This document shows positions 11,104-19,495 of a DNA stretch of 64,000 nt, one piece after another. Every line of letters begins with the position of its first letter. The first letter of the stretch is position 1. Both the position numbers and the translations under genes were made by a program. Origin of the DNA: Candidatus Eiseniibacteriota bacterium. GTDB lineage: Bacteria > Eisenbacteria > RBG-16-71-46 > CAIMUX01 > VGJL01. The stretch lies in the NCBI GenBank assembly GCA_041946735.1, contig JBHGAY010000005.1:64001-128000 (forward strand). Reading direction: 5' to 3'. A model generated the notes under the pieces. The model was not told the DNA's origin, did not search any database, and saw only the letters and a list, made by a program, of their open reading frames with translations.

Positions 11104-14100
11104 ATGGAGCGGCAGGGCGTTCGTTGGCTTCGATCGGGTTTCGGCATCGCGGCGGCGTCGGCTGCGGCTGCGGTTGCGGCTGCTTGGGCGGCTTCGATGT
11201 TCGCCGGGACGGCTCCGGCCGTGGCGTCGTCGGCGATTTCCGCGCCGGCCGGCCCACCGGCGGAGCGTACGGCGCTGCTGGAGGGATACCTGCCGAAGGA
11301 GGACCTCGGCGTCCTCGACTTCCTGGCGAAGCACCCTGAGAGCGACGGCCGCGGCGTCATCGTTGCGATTCTCGACACCGGGATCGAGCTGGGCCATCCC
11401 GCCCTTCAGCGGACCTCGACGGGGGAGCCGAAGATCCTCGACGTCTACGACGCGACCGACGACGGCTACCTCGCGCTTCCGGTGCAAGCACGGGTGGGCG
11501 ACCGGGACCTGGTCGGACTGAGCGGGCGCGCGCTGGTCCTTCCGTCAGACGTCGAGGCGGGGGCGGAGGCGCGGCTCGGCGTCCTGCTGGGACGGCGGAA
11601 CTTCCCGGGCGGACTCCAGGAGCGTCGCGAGCGCGAGCGGCGCGACGCGTGGCAGCGCCTTCGGGCGAGGTGGGAAGCGGCTGCCGATGCGGCCGCCGAT
11701 GCGGCCGCGGACAGCGCCGTCGGCGCGGCCCCGCGCTCAGGCGAGCGGGCGGATGAACCTGCGGACGAACGTGCGAACGAGCACCGCGAGGCGGCCGCCG
11801 AGGCGCTCGACCGGATCCTCGAGCATGGGGAGGACCCGGGCGATCGGTTCGACGTGGTGGCGCTGCGGCGCGCCGGCGGCTGGGAGGTGCGGATCGACAC
11901 CGACGCCGACGGCGATCTCGCCGAGGAGACGCCGCTGCGCCCGTATCGCGAGCGCCGCGACGTCGCCCGCTTCGGGGATCCGGAGCAGCTGACGGTCGCG
12001 CTCGAACGCATCGCGGGCGACGGGTCTTCTCTCTTCCTCTTCTACGACGAGGGCGGCCACGGCACCCACGTCGCCGGCATCGTCGCCGGCTACTACGGCG
12101 ACGGCGATCCGCTGAACGGCCTCGCTCCGGGAGCGAAGCTGATCGCGGCGAAGGTCGGCAACGGCCGGATGGGCGGCTCGACGTCCCACAACAGCATCGT
12201 GAAGGCTGCGCAGTGGGCGGTCGACCACGGCGCCGACGTGATCAACATCTCCTTCGGCGGCACCAGCTTCTTCGATGATGGGACGGAGCTGACCTCGGTC
12301 TTCCTCGACGAGCTGGCGCAGGCGACGGGCGTCGTGATCTGTTCGAGCGCCGGCAACGAGGGTCCCGCCCTTTCGACGATCGGCTCGCCGGGCAGCGCGC
12401 GGCGCGTCTTCGGATGGGGCGCCGCCATCTCGCGCAAGACGCAGCAGACGAACTATGCGTCGCTCGATCCGCGACGCGACGACCTCTTCGACTTCTCCTC
12501 GCGCGGTCCGCTGCTGAGCGGAGATCCGGGCGTCGACTTCATCGCGCCGGGCGCCGCGTTGAGCACGCTTCCGGTCTGGGGACTGCTGAAGGGGGAGTCG
12601 TGGAACGGGACGAGCATGGCGAGCCCGCAGGGGGCGGGATTCTGCGCGCTGATGCTCTCCGCATGCCGCCAGCAGGGGATCCCAGTCACCGTGGACCGGC
12701 TGCGTCGCGCGATGCGCGCGGGGGCGCGGCGCCTGCCGGGCCTCTCGGTGATCGAGCAGGGGGACGGGATGCCGCAGGCGGAGGCGACGCTCGGCGCGCT
12801 GCGGGCGCTCGCGCAAGCATATCCGGCGGAAGCGAGCGCGGCGCGCGTGCCGCACGACGTTGGCGCGGCGGAGCCGGTCATCGGTTATCGCGTGCAGGTG
12901 CACAACGCGACGGGGAGTGGGGGCGGCTACTACGAGCGCGACCTGCTCGCGACCGAGAAGTTCCGCGTGCCGTTCGGCGTCGCGCCGGACTTCCCCGGCG
13001 ATTCCCTGCAGGCGGCGCGAGCCGGCTTCCTGCGAATTGTGCAGCTCGAGAGCGAGGTCCCGTGGATGCGTCCTCCCGCGCAGGCGGCGATCCACTCGAA
13101 CGGGACGCGGATCCCGATCGAGATCGATCCGGCGAAGCTCGCGGCGGGGCTGAACGTCGGGCGGGTCGTGGCGCGGGACGTGAAGCATCCGGAGGCGGGG
13201 ATCGAGTTCGCGCTCGTGGCGACCGTGATCCGGCCGATGGATGTCGATCCGCGGAGGCCGGTCGTCGAAGGGACGTGGGAGGTCGCGCGCGGCGACCGGG
13301 TGTCGGCGTTCGTGAGGGTCCCGGCGGGAGCGACGCTCGCGCGGCTCACGCTGCGGGAGCTTGCGGCCGAGCCGGCGAACAGCTACGAGGCGGCCCTGTC
13401 CGACCCGGACCGGCTGCGCGCGCCCGAGGAGCGGGTCGCGACACGCTACCTCGATCTCGCGCGCGAGCAGGAGGCCACGATCGACCTGGGCGTCCTGGCG
13501 GGAACGGTGGTCGAGGCGGTCGCGTTCAGCCGCTGGCAGGACAACCGGCCCGGGCGGCTGCGCTGGCGCCTCGAGTTCGATGGCGTGGACGCGACGCAGG
13601 AGCCGCCGCTCGCCATCGACGTCGACCGGCCGGGGAGCGGCTTCGTGATCGGCGCATCGACGTGGCCGGTTACGGTCCGTTTCGAAGGAACCCTCGACCG
13701 CGTCGAGGAGCCGCTCGACGTGCGATGGGACGTGCGGCCGGACTCGCTCGTGGCTTTCTCGCTTCACGGCATCCCGGCGCTCGTGGAGCGTGGAGAAGCC
13801 TACCTTGCGGTCGATCGCGACAAGGAGGTGCGGATCGACCTCGGCGTCGGCCCGGAGTTCGAGGATCTCCTCGACGATGCCATCTTTCGCGTCTTCGACG
13901 ACTCGGGACGCGAGGTGGCGCACGGGTACCTGTACGAGGGCACCGCTTCCTTCACCCCGCCGGCCGGCGGGACGGTCAAGATCGTCTTCGACATCTGGAC
14001 GCGCGGAGGCGAGTTCTTCGACCAGGGGACGGTGGTACGACCGGTGGTTCTGCGCGAGCGCGAAGCGATCCCGATCGTCGTGCACGCGGATCCCGTCGGC

Positions 14101-15087
14101 GGATTCCGGCGCGGGCCCGACAGCTTGACGGCGATCGCGTTGGTGCCGGGCGAGAAGCGGCGGCTGTTCGCGGGAGTCGACGACCTGCCGCAGGGGGAGC
14201 GGCTGCGCGGGACGCTGCGCCTGCTCGGAGAGCGGGAAGCGACGGTCTACGCCGAGATCCCCGTGCGCGCCGACACGCGACCGCTGGCGCCGGCCGATGA
14301 GGAGCGCGTCGATGCGATCGCGGCGGCGGCCGTCACGCGGGCGCGGCTCCTCGCCGATCGTACGGACGTCGCGGCCGACGATCGCAACGAGGCCTTGGCG
14401 CGGCTCGACCGGGCCGCGCGGATCGCGGAGGCGGCGCCGGCATCGCATTCCGGCCGTGCAGGAGACGAGGACGAGGACGAGGACGAGGAGAGCGAGAAGA
14501 GGCTCCCGCAAGGATGGGAGATCGCGGTCGCCAAGGCCAGGCTGCTCCTCGCCGGGGGCGAAGAGGATCTCGATGCGGCGGCGGACGCGATCGACCGCGT
14601 CGCGGAGCTCGCGGGCCCGGAGAGCGGGGCGGATCCGGAGGAGATCGCGCGGGCGCGCGGCCGAGAGGCCGTCGCCGCGGCTCTGAGCGCGCAGCTCGCC
14701 ATCGAGCGCGGACGGACCGGAGAGGCGCGGGAGCGGTTCGACGAGGCGCGTTCCCTCGATCCGAGTGCGCCCGGCCTGGACCGGCTCGAGCCGCTGCTCC
14801 TCCTCGCCGAAGGGAAGCCGGAGCAGGCGCGCGAGCCGGCGGAGTCGTACCTGCGCGAGCATCCGGACGACGTCGAGGTCGACGCCTCGCTCGTGCGCGA
14901 CTACGTCGCGCTCGGCTGGTGGGACCTGGCGACGCTCATCCTCGAGCGGTGGCCCGAGCGCCATCCGCGCGCGAACGACACGCTGCTCGCACTCTGGCGG
15001 GATCTCGACGAGAGCCGCTCGCGCGGGGCGCGCGAGGCCGCTCCGAGCCCGCTGCTTCCGGTTCCTCTGCTGTCGCGGGGAGAGTGA
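11104..15087 (+). CDS. Secreted S8 protease, tripeptidyl-peptidase II-like, with C-terminal TPR-like region
   Basis: LPKEDLGVLDFLAKHPESDGRGVIVAILDTG (Asp), GGHGTHVAGI (His), NGTSMASP (Ser); long Asp-His insertion; Ala-rich signal-like N-terminus; start uncertain. Confidence 0.88.
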   Translation: MERQGVRWLRSGFGIAAASAAAAVAAAWAASMFAGTAPAVASSAISAPAGPPAERTALLEGYLPKEDLGVLDFLAKHPESDGRGVIVAILDTGIELGHPALQRTSTGEPKILDVYDATDDGYLALPVQARVGDRDLVGLSGRALVLPSDVEAGAEARLGVLLGRRNFPGGLQERRERERRDAWQRLRARWEAAADAAADAAADSAVGAAPRSGERADEPADERANEHREAAAEALDRILEHGEDPGDRFDVVALRRAGGWEVRIDTDADGDLAEETPLRPYRERRDVARFGDPEQLTVALERIAGDGSSLFLFYDEGGHGTHVAGIVAGYYGDGDPLNGLAPGAKLIAAKVGNGRMGGSTSHNSIVKAAQWAVDHGADVINISFGGTSFFDDGTELTSVFLDELAQATGVVICSSAGNEGPALSTIGSPGSARRVFGWGAAISRKTQQTNYASLDPRRDDLFDFSSRGPLLSGDPGVDFIAPGAALSTLPVWGLLKGESWNGTSMASPQGAGFCALMLSACRQQGIPVTVDRLRRAMRAGARRLPGLSVIEQGDGMPQAEATLGALRALAQAYPAEASAARVPHDVGAAEPVIGYRVQVHNATGSGGGYYERDLLATEKFRVPFGVAPDFPGDSLQAARAGFLRIVQLESEVPWMRPPAQAAIHSNGTRIPIEIDPAKLAAGLNVGRVVARDVKHPEAGIEFALVATVIRPMDVDPRRPVVEGTWEVARGDRVSAFVRVPAGATLARLTLRELAAEPANSYEAALSDPDRLRAPEERVATRYLDLAREQEATIDLGVLAGTVVEAVAFSRWQDNRPGRLRWRLEFDGVDATQEPPLAIDVDRPGSGFVIGASTWPVTVRFEGTLDRVEEPLDVRWDVRPDSLVAFSLHGIPALVERGEAYLAVDRDKEVRIDLGVGPEFEDLLDDAIFRVFDDSGREVAHGYLYEGTASFTPPAGGTVKIVFDIWTRGGEFFDQGTVVRPVVLREREAIPIVVHADPVGGFRRGPDSLTAIALVPGEKRRLFAGVDDLPQGERLRGTLRLLGEREATVYAEIPVRADTRPLAPADEERVDAIAAAAVTRARLLADRTDVAADDRNEALARLDRAARIAEAAPASHSGRAGDEDEDEDEESEKRLPQGWEIAVAKARLLLAGGEEDLDAAADAIDRVAELAGPESGADPEEIARARGREAVAAALSAQLAIERGRTGEARERFDEARSLDPSAPGLDRLEPLLLLAEGKPEQAREPAESYLREHPDDVEVDASLVRDYVALGWWDLATLILERWPERHPRANDTLLALWRDLDESRSRGAREAAPSPLLPVPLLSRGE

Positions 15088-15366
15088 GAGGAGCAAGCGC
15101 CTCCAGGGACCTCCCAAACCACGCGTCTCCAACTTCCACCCCACCGGCCGGACCGGTCGCGATTTGGCCGCCTGCGACCGGCGCCGGCGCAAATCCGTCC
15201 CCCGAGCCCGACCGGGCGCCGGCATGCCGCGAAACGATCTTGCAAGTGCCCACGGCGCCTTGACTTGCCGATGGACGTCGCAGCCTCCCCTGGTACGGAA
15301 CTTGATGGCTCTCGAGGCGGGCGGGACAGGAGTGTCCCGCTCTTGGAGTCGCGTCAGGAGGCAACC

Positions 15367-15960
15367 ATGCGCGCCATGTCCGCGATGCCCGCCGTGCCGG
15401 CCATGTCTGCCACGTCCAGGATGGCCGCCGCGCCCGCCACGTCCGCCCTGTTCCGATTTCCCTTCCTCGCAGCGCTCGTCTGTCTCGCCGCCGGCCTCTT
15501 CTGCGCGTCCGCCGACGCCCAGGACCGGGACCGGCGCGACATCTTCTTCGGCGGCAGCGCGTCGGATGCGTCGCCCGGGCGCTACGTGATCCGCAACGGC
15601 CTCGAGGACGAGCTGCTCGTCGACGTGCAGATCTGGGGGCAGGTCCATCGCCCCGGCCAGTACTCCGTGCCGGACCGCACGGACCTGATCGGTCTCATGT
15701 CCTACGCGGGAGGACCGACCGAGGACGCGAAGATCCGGAAGATCCAGATCGTGAGTCCGATCGGCAAAGGTCCGCGCGTCCAGACGATCGACGTCGAGAG
15801 TTTCGTGCGAACGGGAGATTCCAACCTGATCCCAACCCTTCATCCGGGCGACGTGGTCGTCGTCCCGGCATCCCGTTCGCACAACCTGTACCGGTGGGGC
15901 GGCATCATCTCGGTCGCCGCCCTCGTCGCGAACGTCGCGATCCTCGCGACCCGCAACTGA
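15367..15960 (+). CDS. SLBB-domain protein (Wza-like polysaccharide export component)
   Basis: VQIWGQVHRPGQY..LIGLMSYAGGPTEDA, LHPGDVVVVP; signal-like N-terminus and hydrophobic C-terminal helix; RBS CAGGAG. Confidence 0.85.
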   Translation: MRAMSAMPAVPAMSATSRMAAAPATSALFRFPFLAALVCLAAGLFCASADAQDRDRRDIFFGGSASDASPGRYVIRNGLEDELLVDVQIWGQVHRPGQYSVPDRTDLIGLMSYAGGPTEDAKIRKIQIVSPIGKGPRVQTIDVESFVRTGDSNLIPTLHPGDVVVVPASRSHNLYRWGGIISVAALVANVAILATRN

Positions 15961-16218
15961 GTCCGGCGCGCGCGCGCTTCCAGCCGCCCTCGGAGCAACG
16001 GCGGCCGGCGATCACGCCGGCCGCTTGCCGCGCCTCGTCTCCGCCGGGCGGCCGCGTGCATCCGTCCCTCCCCGATGCGCTATCCTCGGTCCTCCACAGG
16101 GCTACGCTTTCACGGCCGTGGCCTCGATGGCATCGATGACGAAGGAGCGGGGAGATGCGCATCAGTCCCACGATTCCGATTCGTTTCCTTCTTTCGCTCG
16201 CCGCCGTCCGATCGTCGT

Positions 16219-17328
16219 ATGCGCGCTGATCTCTTCGTGCCCGGACGCGTCTGCCTCTTCGGGGAGCATTCGGACTGGGCCGGCGGCTTCCGGCGCTCCC
16301 ACCCCGGGATCGCGAAAGGGCATGCCATCATCGCCGGCACGAGCCAGGGAATCCATGCGACCGCATCTCCGCACGCAGGCGCGCTTCTGCTCTCGTCGGT
16401 CACGGCGGACGGGGCGCATCACGGTCCCGTGGAGATTCCGATGGAGGCGGACGCGCTCCTCGCCGCCGCTCGTGGCAACGGCTTCTTCCGCTACGTCGCG
16501 GGCGTTGCCTACCGGATCCTCGAGCGTGCGCCGGCCGCCGCCGGCGGGCTACGCCTCGACAACGATGCGACCGATCTGCCTGTGGGGAAGGGGCTGTCGT
16601 CGAGCGCGGCGATCTGCGTGCTGACCGCCCGGGCATTCAACGTCCTGTACGATCTGGGGCTCACTCTCGCCGAGGAGATGGAGATCGCCTACGAGGGGGA
16701 GATCACGACGCCTTCGCGATGCGGGCGCATGGATCAGGGATGCGCCTATGGAAGCCGTCCGATCCACATGACTTTCGATGGGGACCGCGTCGAAGTCGAG
16801 GAGATCCGAGTCGGCGCCCCGTTGCACCTGCTTCTCGTCGATCTGGGAGCGGGCAAGGACACCGCGGCGATTCTCGCGGACCTGCAACACTCCTACCCGG
16901 TCGCCGTGACCGACCTGGACCGGGGCGTGCAGCATCTGCTCGGGGAGGCGAACGAGCGGACCGTGCGCGCCGCGATCGCCGCGATCGAGGCGGGAGACGC
17001 GCCCGGGCTCGGGCGGATGATGGCCGAGGCGCAGGAGCTCTTCGACCGCTATGCGGCTCCCGCCTCCCCGCGCGAGCTTGCCGCTCCCGCGCTGCACCGG
17101 GTGCTGCGCCATACTCCCTTGGCCGGCGTGGTTTGGGGAGGCAAAGGCGTCGGCTCGCAAGGCGACGGGGCGGCGCAGCTTCTGGCTCGAGGCGCCGGAG
17201 CGAGGGAGGAGGCGATCGAGATCCTGCGGCGCGACTTCGGCCTGCACTCGCTCCGCCTGACGATCGAACCGGGAAGCGGATCGCGAGCCTCCGGAATCGC
17301 TCGCGTGACGGACCAGGACTACGCGTGA
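16219..17328 (+). CDS. GHMP-family sugar kinase (galactokinase-like)
   Basis: PGRVCLFGEHSDW, LPVGKGLSSSAA, CGRMDQ, GGKGVGSQGDG. Confidence 0.9.
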   Translation: MRADLFVPGRVCLFGEHSDWAGGFRRSHPGIAKGHAIIAGTSQGIHATASPHAGALLLSSVTADGAHHGPVEIPMEADALLAAARGNGFFRYVAGVAYRILERAPAAAGGLRLDNDATDLPVGKGLSSSAAICVLTARAFNVLYDLGLTLAEEMEIAYEGEITTPSRCGRMDQGCAYGSRPIHMTFDGDRVEVEEIRVGAPLHLLLVDLGAGKDTAAILADLQHSYPVAVTDLDRGVQHLLGEANERTVRAAIAAIEAGDAPGLGRMMAEAQELFDRYAAPASPRELAAPALHRVLRHTPLAGVVWGGKGVGSQGDGAAQLLARGAGAREEAIEILRRDFGLHSLRLTIEPGSGSRASGIARVTDQDYA

Positions 17329-17341
17329 CGGACCAGGACTA
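17302..17341. repeat. Perfect 20-nt tandem duplication spanning the kinase stop codon
   Basis: CGCGTGACGGACCAGGACTA x2. Confidence 0.95.
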
Positions 17342-17352
17342 GGAGAACGCAC

Positions 17353-17784
17353 ATGCCGAAGAAAGAAGCGGCCGGCCATTGGCTCTTCAAGACCGAACCG
17401 TCCACCTTCTCGTTCGAGGATCTCGAGGCCAAGAAGAACGGCGATGTGTGGGACGGCGTCAAGAACGCCCTCGCCTTGAAGCATCTCGCGCAGGTACGGC
17501 GCGGAGACGAGATCCTGATCTACCACACCGGCGACGAGAAGGCGATCGTCGGCGTTGCGCGCGCGGTGCGCGATCCGTATCCCGATCCGAAGCAGGACGA
17601 TCCGAAGCTCCTCGTCGTCGACGTGCAAGCGGTTCGCAGGCTCCCCTTCCCCGTCGCGCTATCGGTGCTGAAGAAGGAGCCGCGCTATGCGGAGTTCGAC
17701 CTCGTCCGCCTGCCGCGCCTCTCGGTGATGCCGGTGCCGGGTGGCCTGTGGAAGGACATCCTGGGCCGTGGAGGGCTGACCTAG
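17353..17784 (+). CDS. EVE domain protein
   Basis: WLFKTEP..FSFEDL, WDGVKN, IYHTG, RLPRLSVMPV; RBS AGGAG. Confidence 0.93.
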   Translation: MPKKEAAGHWLFKTEPSTFSFEDLEAKKNGDVWDGVKNALALKHLAQVRRGDEILIYHTGDEKAIVGVARAVRDPYPDPKQDDPKLLVVDVQAVRRLPFPVALSVLKKEPRYAEFDLVRLPRLSVMPVPGGLWKDILGRGGLT

Positions 17785-17860
17785 ACTGCGCGCTCCGGCG
17801 GGCGCCGCCTCGGCGGATCCGCGAAGAAGCTCCGGCGGGCGACGGCGCGAAGAAGAGACG

Positions 17861-19420
17861 CTACCGGGTCAGCACCACCCGAGATGCGGCCGGGGATCCT
17901 CCACGATCGGGATCGATTCGGACGAAGTAGGTTCCGGCCGGCAATATGCGGCCTCGCTCGTCCCGCCCGTCCCATCGCGCGGCGCCGTCCCGCAGGACCA
18001 GCCTCCGCAGGAGACGCCCCGAGACGTCGAGCACACGGACCGCTGCGCTTCCGCCGTTCTTGATCCCCGCTCTGCCGGCCTTGCTCAGGCGGAGGTCGAT
18101 GGCCGCCCCGGCGGCGCCGGGATTCGGGTAGCAGACGAGCGGAGCGTTCCCGGCGAAGAAGGAGCCGCTTCCCGCGCCGACGGCCGCGTTGCCGGCGAGC
18201 GCATCCCGCAGCGCGAGCCCATCCAGGCGCCCGCTTCCCAACTTCCCGATGTAGGGCTCGTTCTCCACGATGTCATAGATGTCGATGACGCCGGTGCGAA
18301 CCAGCTCCCAGAGCGCCTCGCTCTCCAGTTCGGGAAACAGCGACAGGAGCAGCGCGGACTGCGCCGAGATGAAGGGGGTGGCGAACGAGGTCCCGGCGCC
18401 GATCGCATACTGGCCGTCGTGGTAAGGGGCGAGAACGCCCATTCCCGGAGCGGAGACCGAGACGTGGGAGTGGAAGTTCGAGAAGTCCGCCTTCACGTCG
18501 GCGGAGTCCAGGGCGGCGACCGAAAGCACGTTCGAATCGGAGGCCGGGAAGTACTGAGGGTTTTCGAGATTCATGTTGCCCGCGGCGGCCGCCATCACGA
18601 CCTGCAGCGTATCCGCGACCTCGATCTCACGGTGGATCACGAAGGAGCGATTCGTGAGCCCGAAGCTCATGTTGATCACATCCGCTCCGTGCTCGGTCGC
18701 GTACCGGATCGCTTTCGCCACGTCGAAGGTCGTCCCGGTCCCCTCGTCATCGAGGACCCGGATCGGCAGGATCTTTGCCCCCGGTGCGACCAGATGGACG
18801 ATCCCCGCGATCATCGTGCCATGTCCGGCGCCCTCGTCGATGGCGCCGTCATTGTCGTCGTCGAGGCCGTTCGCGCTGTCCGTCGGGTCCGCGTCGTCGG
18901 CCACGAAGTCCCACCCATCCGGCAATACCGCGCCCTCGAGCGCCGGGTGCTCGGCAAGGATTCCGGAGTCCAGGATCGCGACGGTGACACCGGAGCCGAT
19001 CGTCACCTCATGAATCTCGGCGAGATGGAGGCGCTCGGCCAGGCGTTGATCAAGGTAGTCGTCGATGGTTCCGCCCACGGCCGTCACGACCATCTGCCCG
19101 GTTCCTTCCGGGGTCTCGTTCTCGTAGGAATACTCGCCGTCCTCTACGTCGGGGTCGTCGAGGAGCGCGTCGAGAAGATCGTCCTCGTTTCCGCCGACCG
19201 GAACTTGCAGGAGGTAGAGGGGCGGCAGCGAATCGAGGGTCGTGGAGCCGTAGCGGGCGTTGATCGCCTCGATCGATGCCCCGGGGACCAGCTCGAGCTG
19301 CACCTGCCCGCTCTCCCAATCCGCCCACGCGGCGGAAGAGAAGAGCGCGAGCGTGAGAACGCCTGCGGCGGCGCACCAACGGAGGACCGGGCGGCCGGCG
19401 ATCGGCATTGGTCGTTTCAT
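17861..19420 (-). CDS. Secreted S8 (subtilisin-like) protease with C-terminal FlgD-Ig/CTD-like domain
   Basis: Signal peptide, VAILDSG, GHGTMIAG, AAAAGN, GTSFATP; C-terminal YPNP..DVSGRLLR..WDGRDERG..PAGTYFVR; RBS GGAGGAG. Confidence 0.92.
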   Translation of the reverse strand: MKRPMPIAGRPVLRWCAAAGVLTLALFSSAAWADWESGQVQLELVPGASIEAINARYGSTTLDSLPPLYLLQVPVGGNEDDLLDALLDDPDVEDGEYSYENETPEGTGQMVVTAVGGTIDDYLDQRLAERLHLAEIHEVTIGSGVTVAILDSGILAEHPALEGAVLPDGWDFVADDADPTDSANGLDDDNDGAIDEGAGHGTMIAGIVHLVAPGAKILPIRVLDDEGTGTTFDVAKAIRYATEHGADVINMSFGLTNRSFVIHREIEVADTLQVVMAAAAGNMNLENPQYFPASDSNVLSVAALDSADVKADFSNFHSHVSVSAPGMGVLAPYHDGQYAIGAGTSFATPFISAQSALLLSLFPELESEALWELVRTGVIDIYDIVENEPYIGKLGSGRLDGLALRDALAGNAAVGAGSGSFFAGNAPLVCYPNPGAAGAAIDLRLSKAGRAGIKNGGSAAVRVLDVSGRLLRRLVLRDGAARWDGRDERGRILPAGTYFVRIDPDRGGSPAASRVVLTR

Positions 19421-19495
19421 GTTGCGTTCTCCTCCGGGCATCGTGACCAGGATCGAATCCGATGACCAAGCATTATACATGGCGGGCTGCCGAGT

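Noticed and set aside
17353..17784. EVE protein as part of a defence system with the CHAT module
   Set aside because: Convergent orientation, coupled to the GHMP kinase, and no nuclease nearby
19472..19477. Perfect TATAAT before the S8 gene as a sigma70 promoter
   Set aside because: No good -35 or TGn extension and it overlaps the weaker ECF-like motif; left unresolved rather than called
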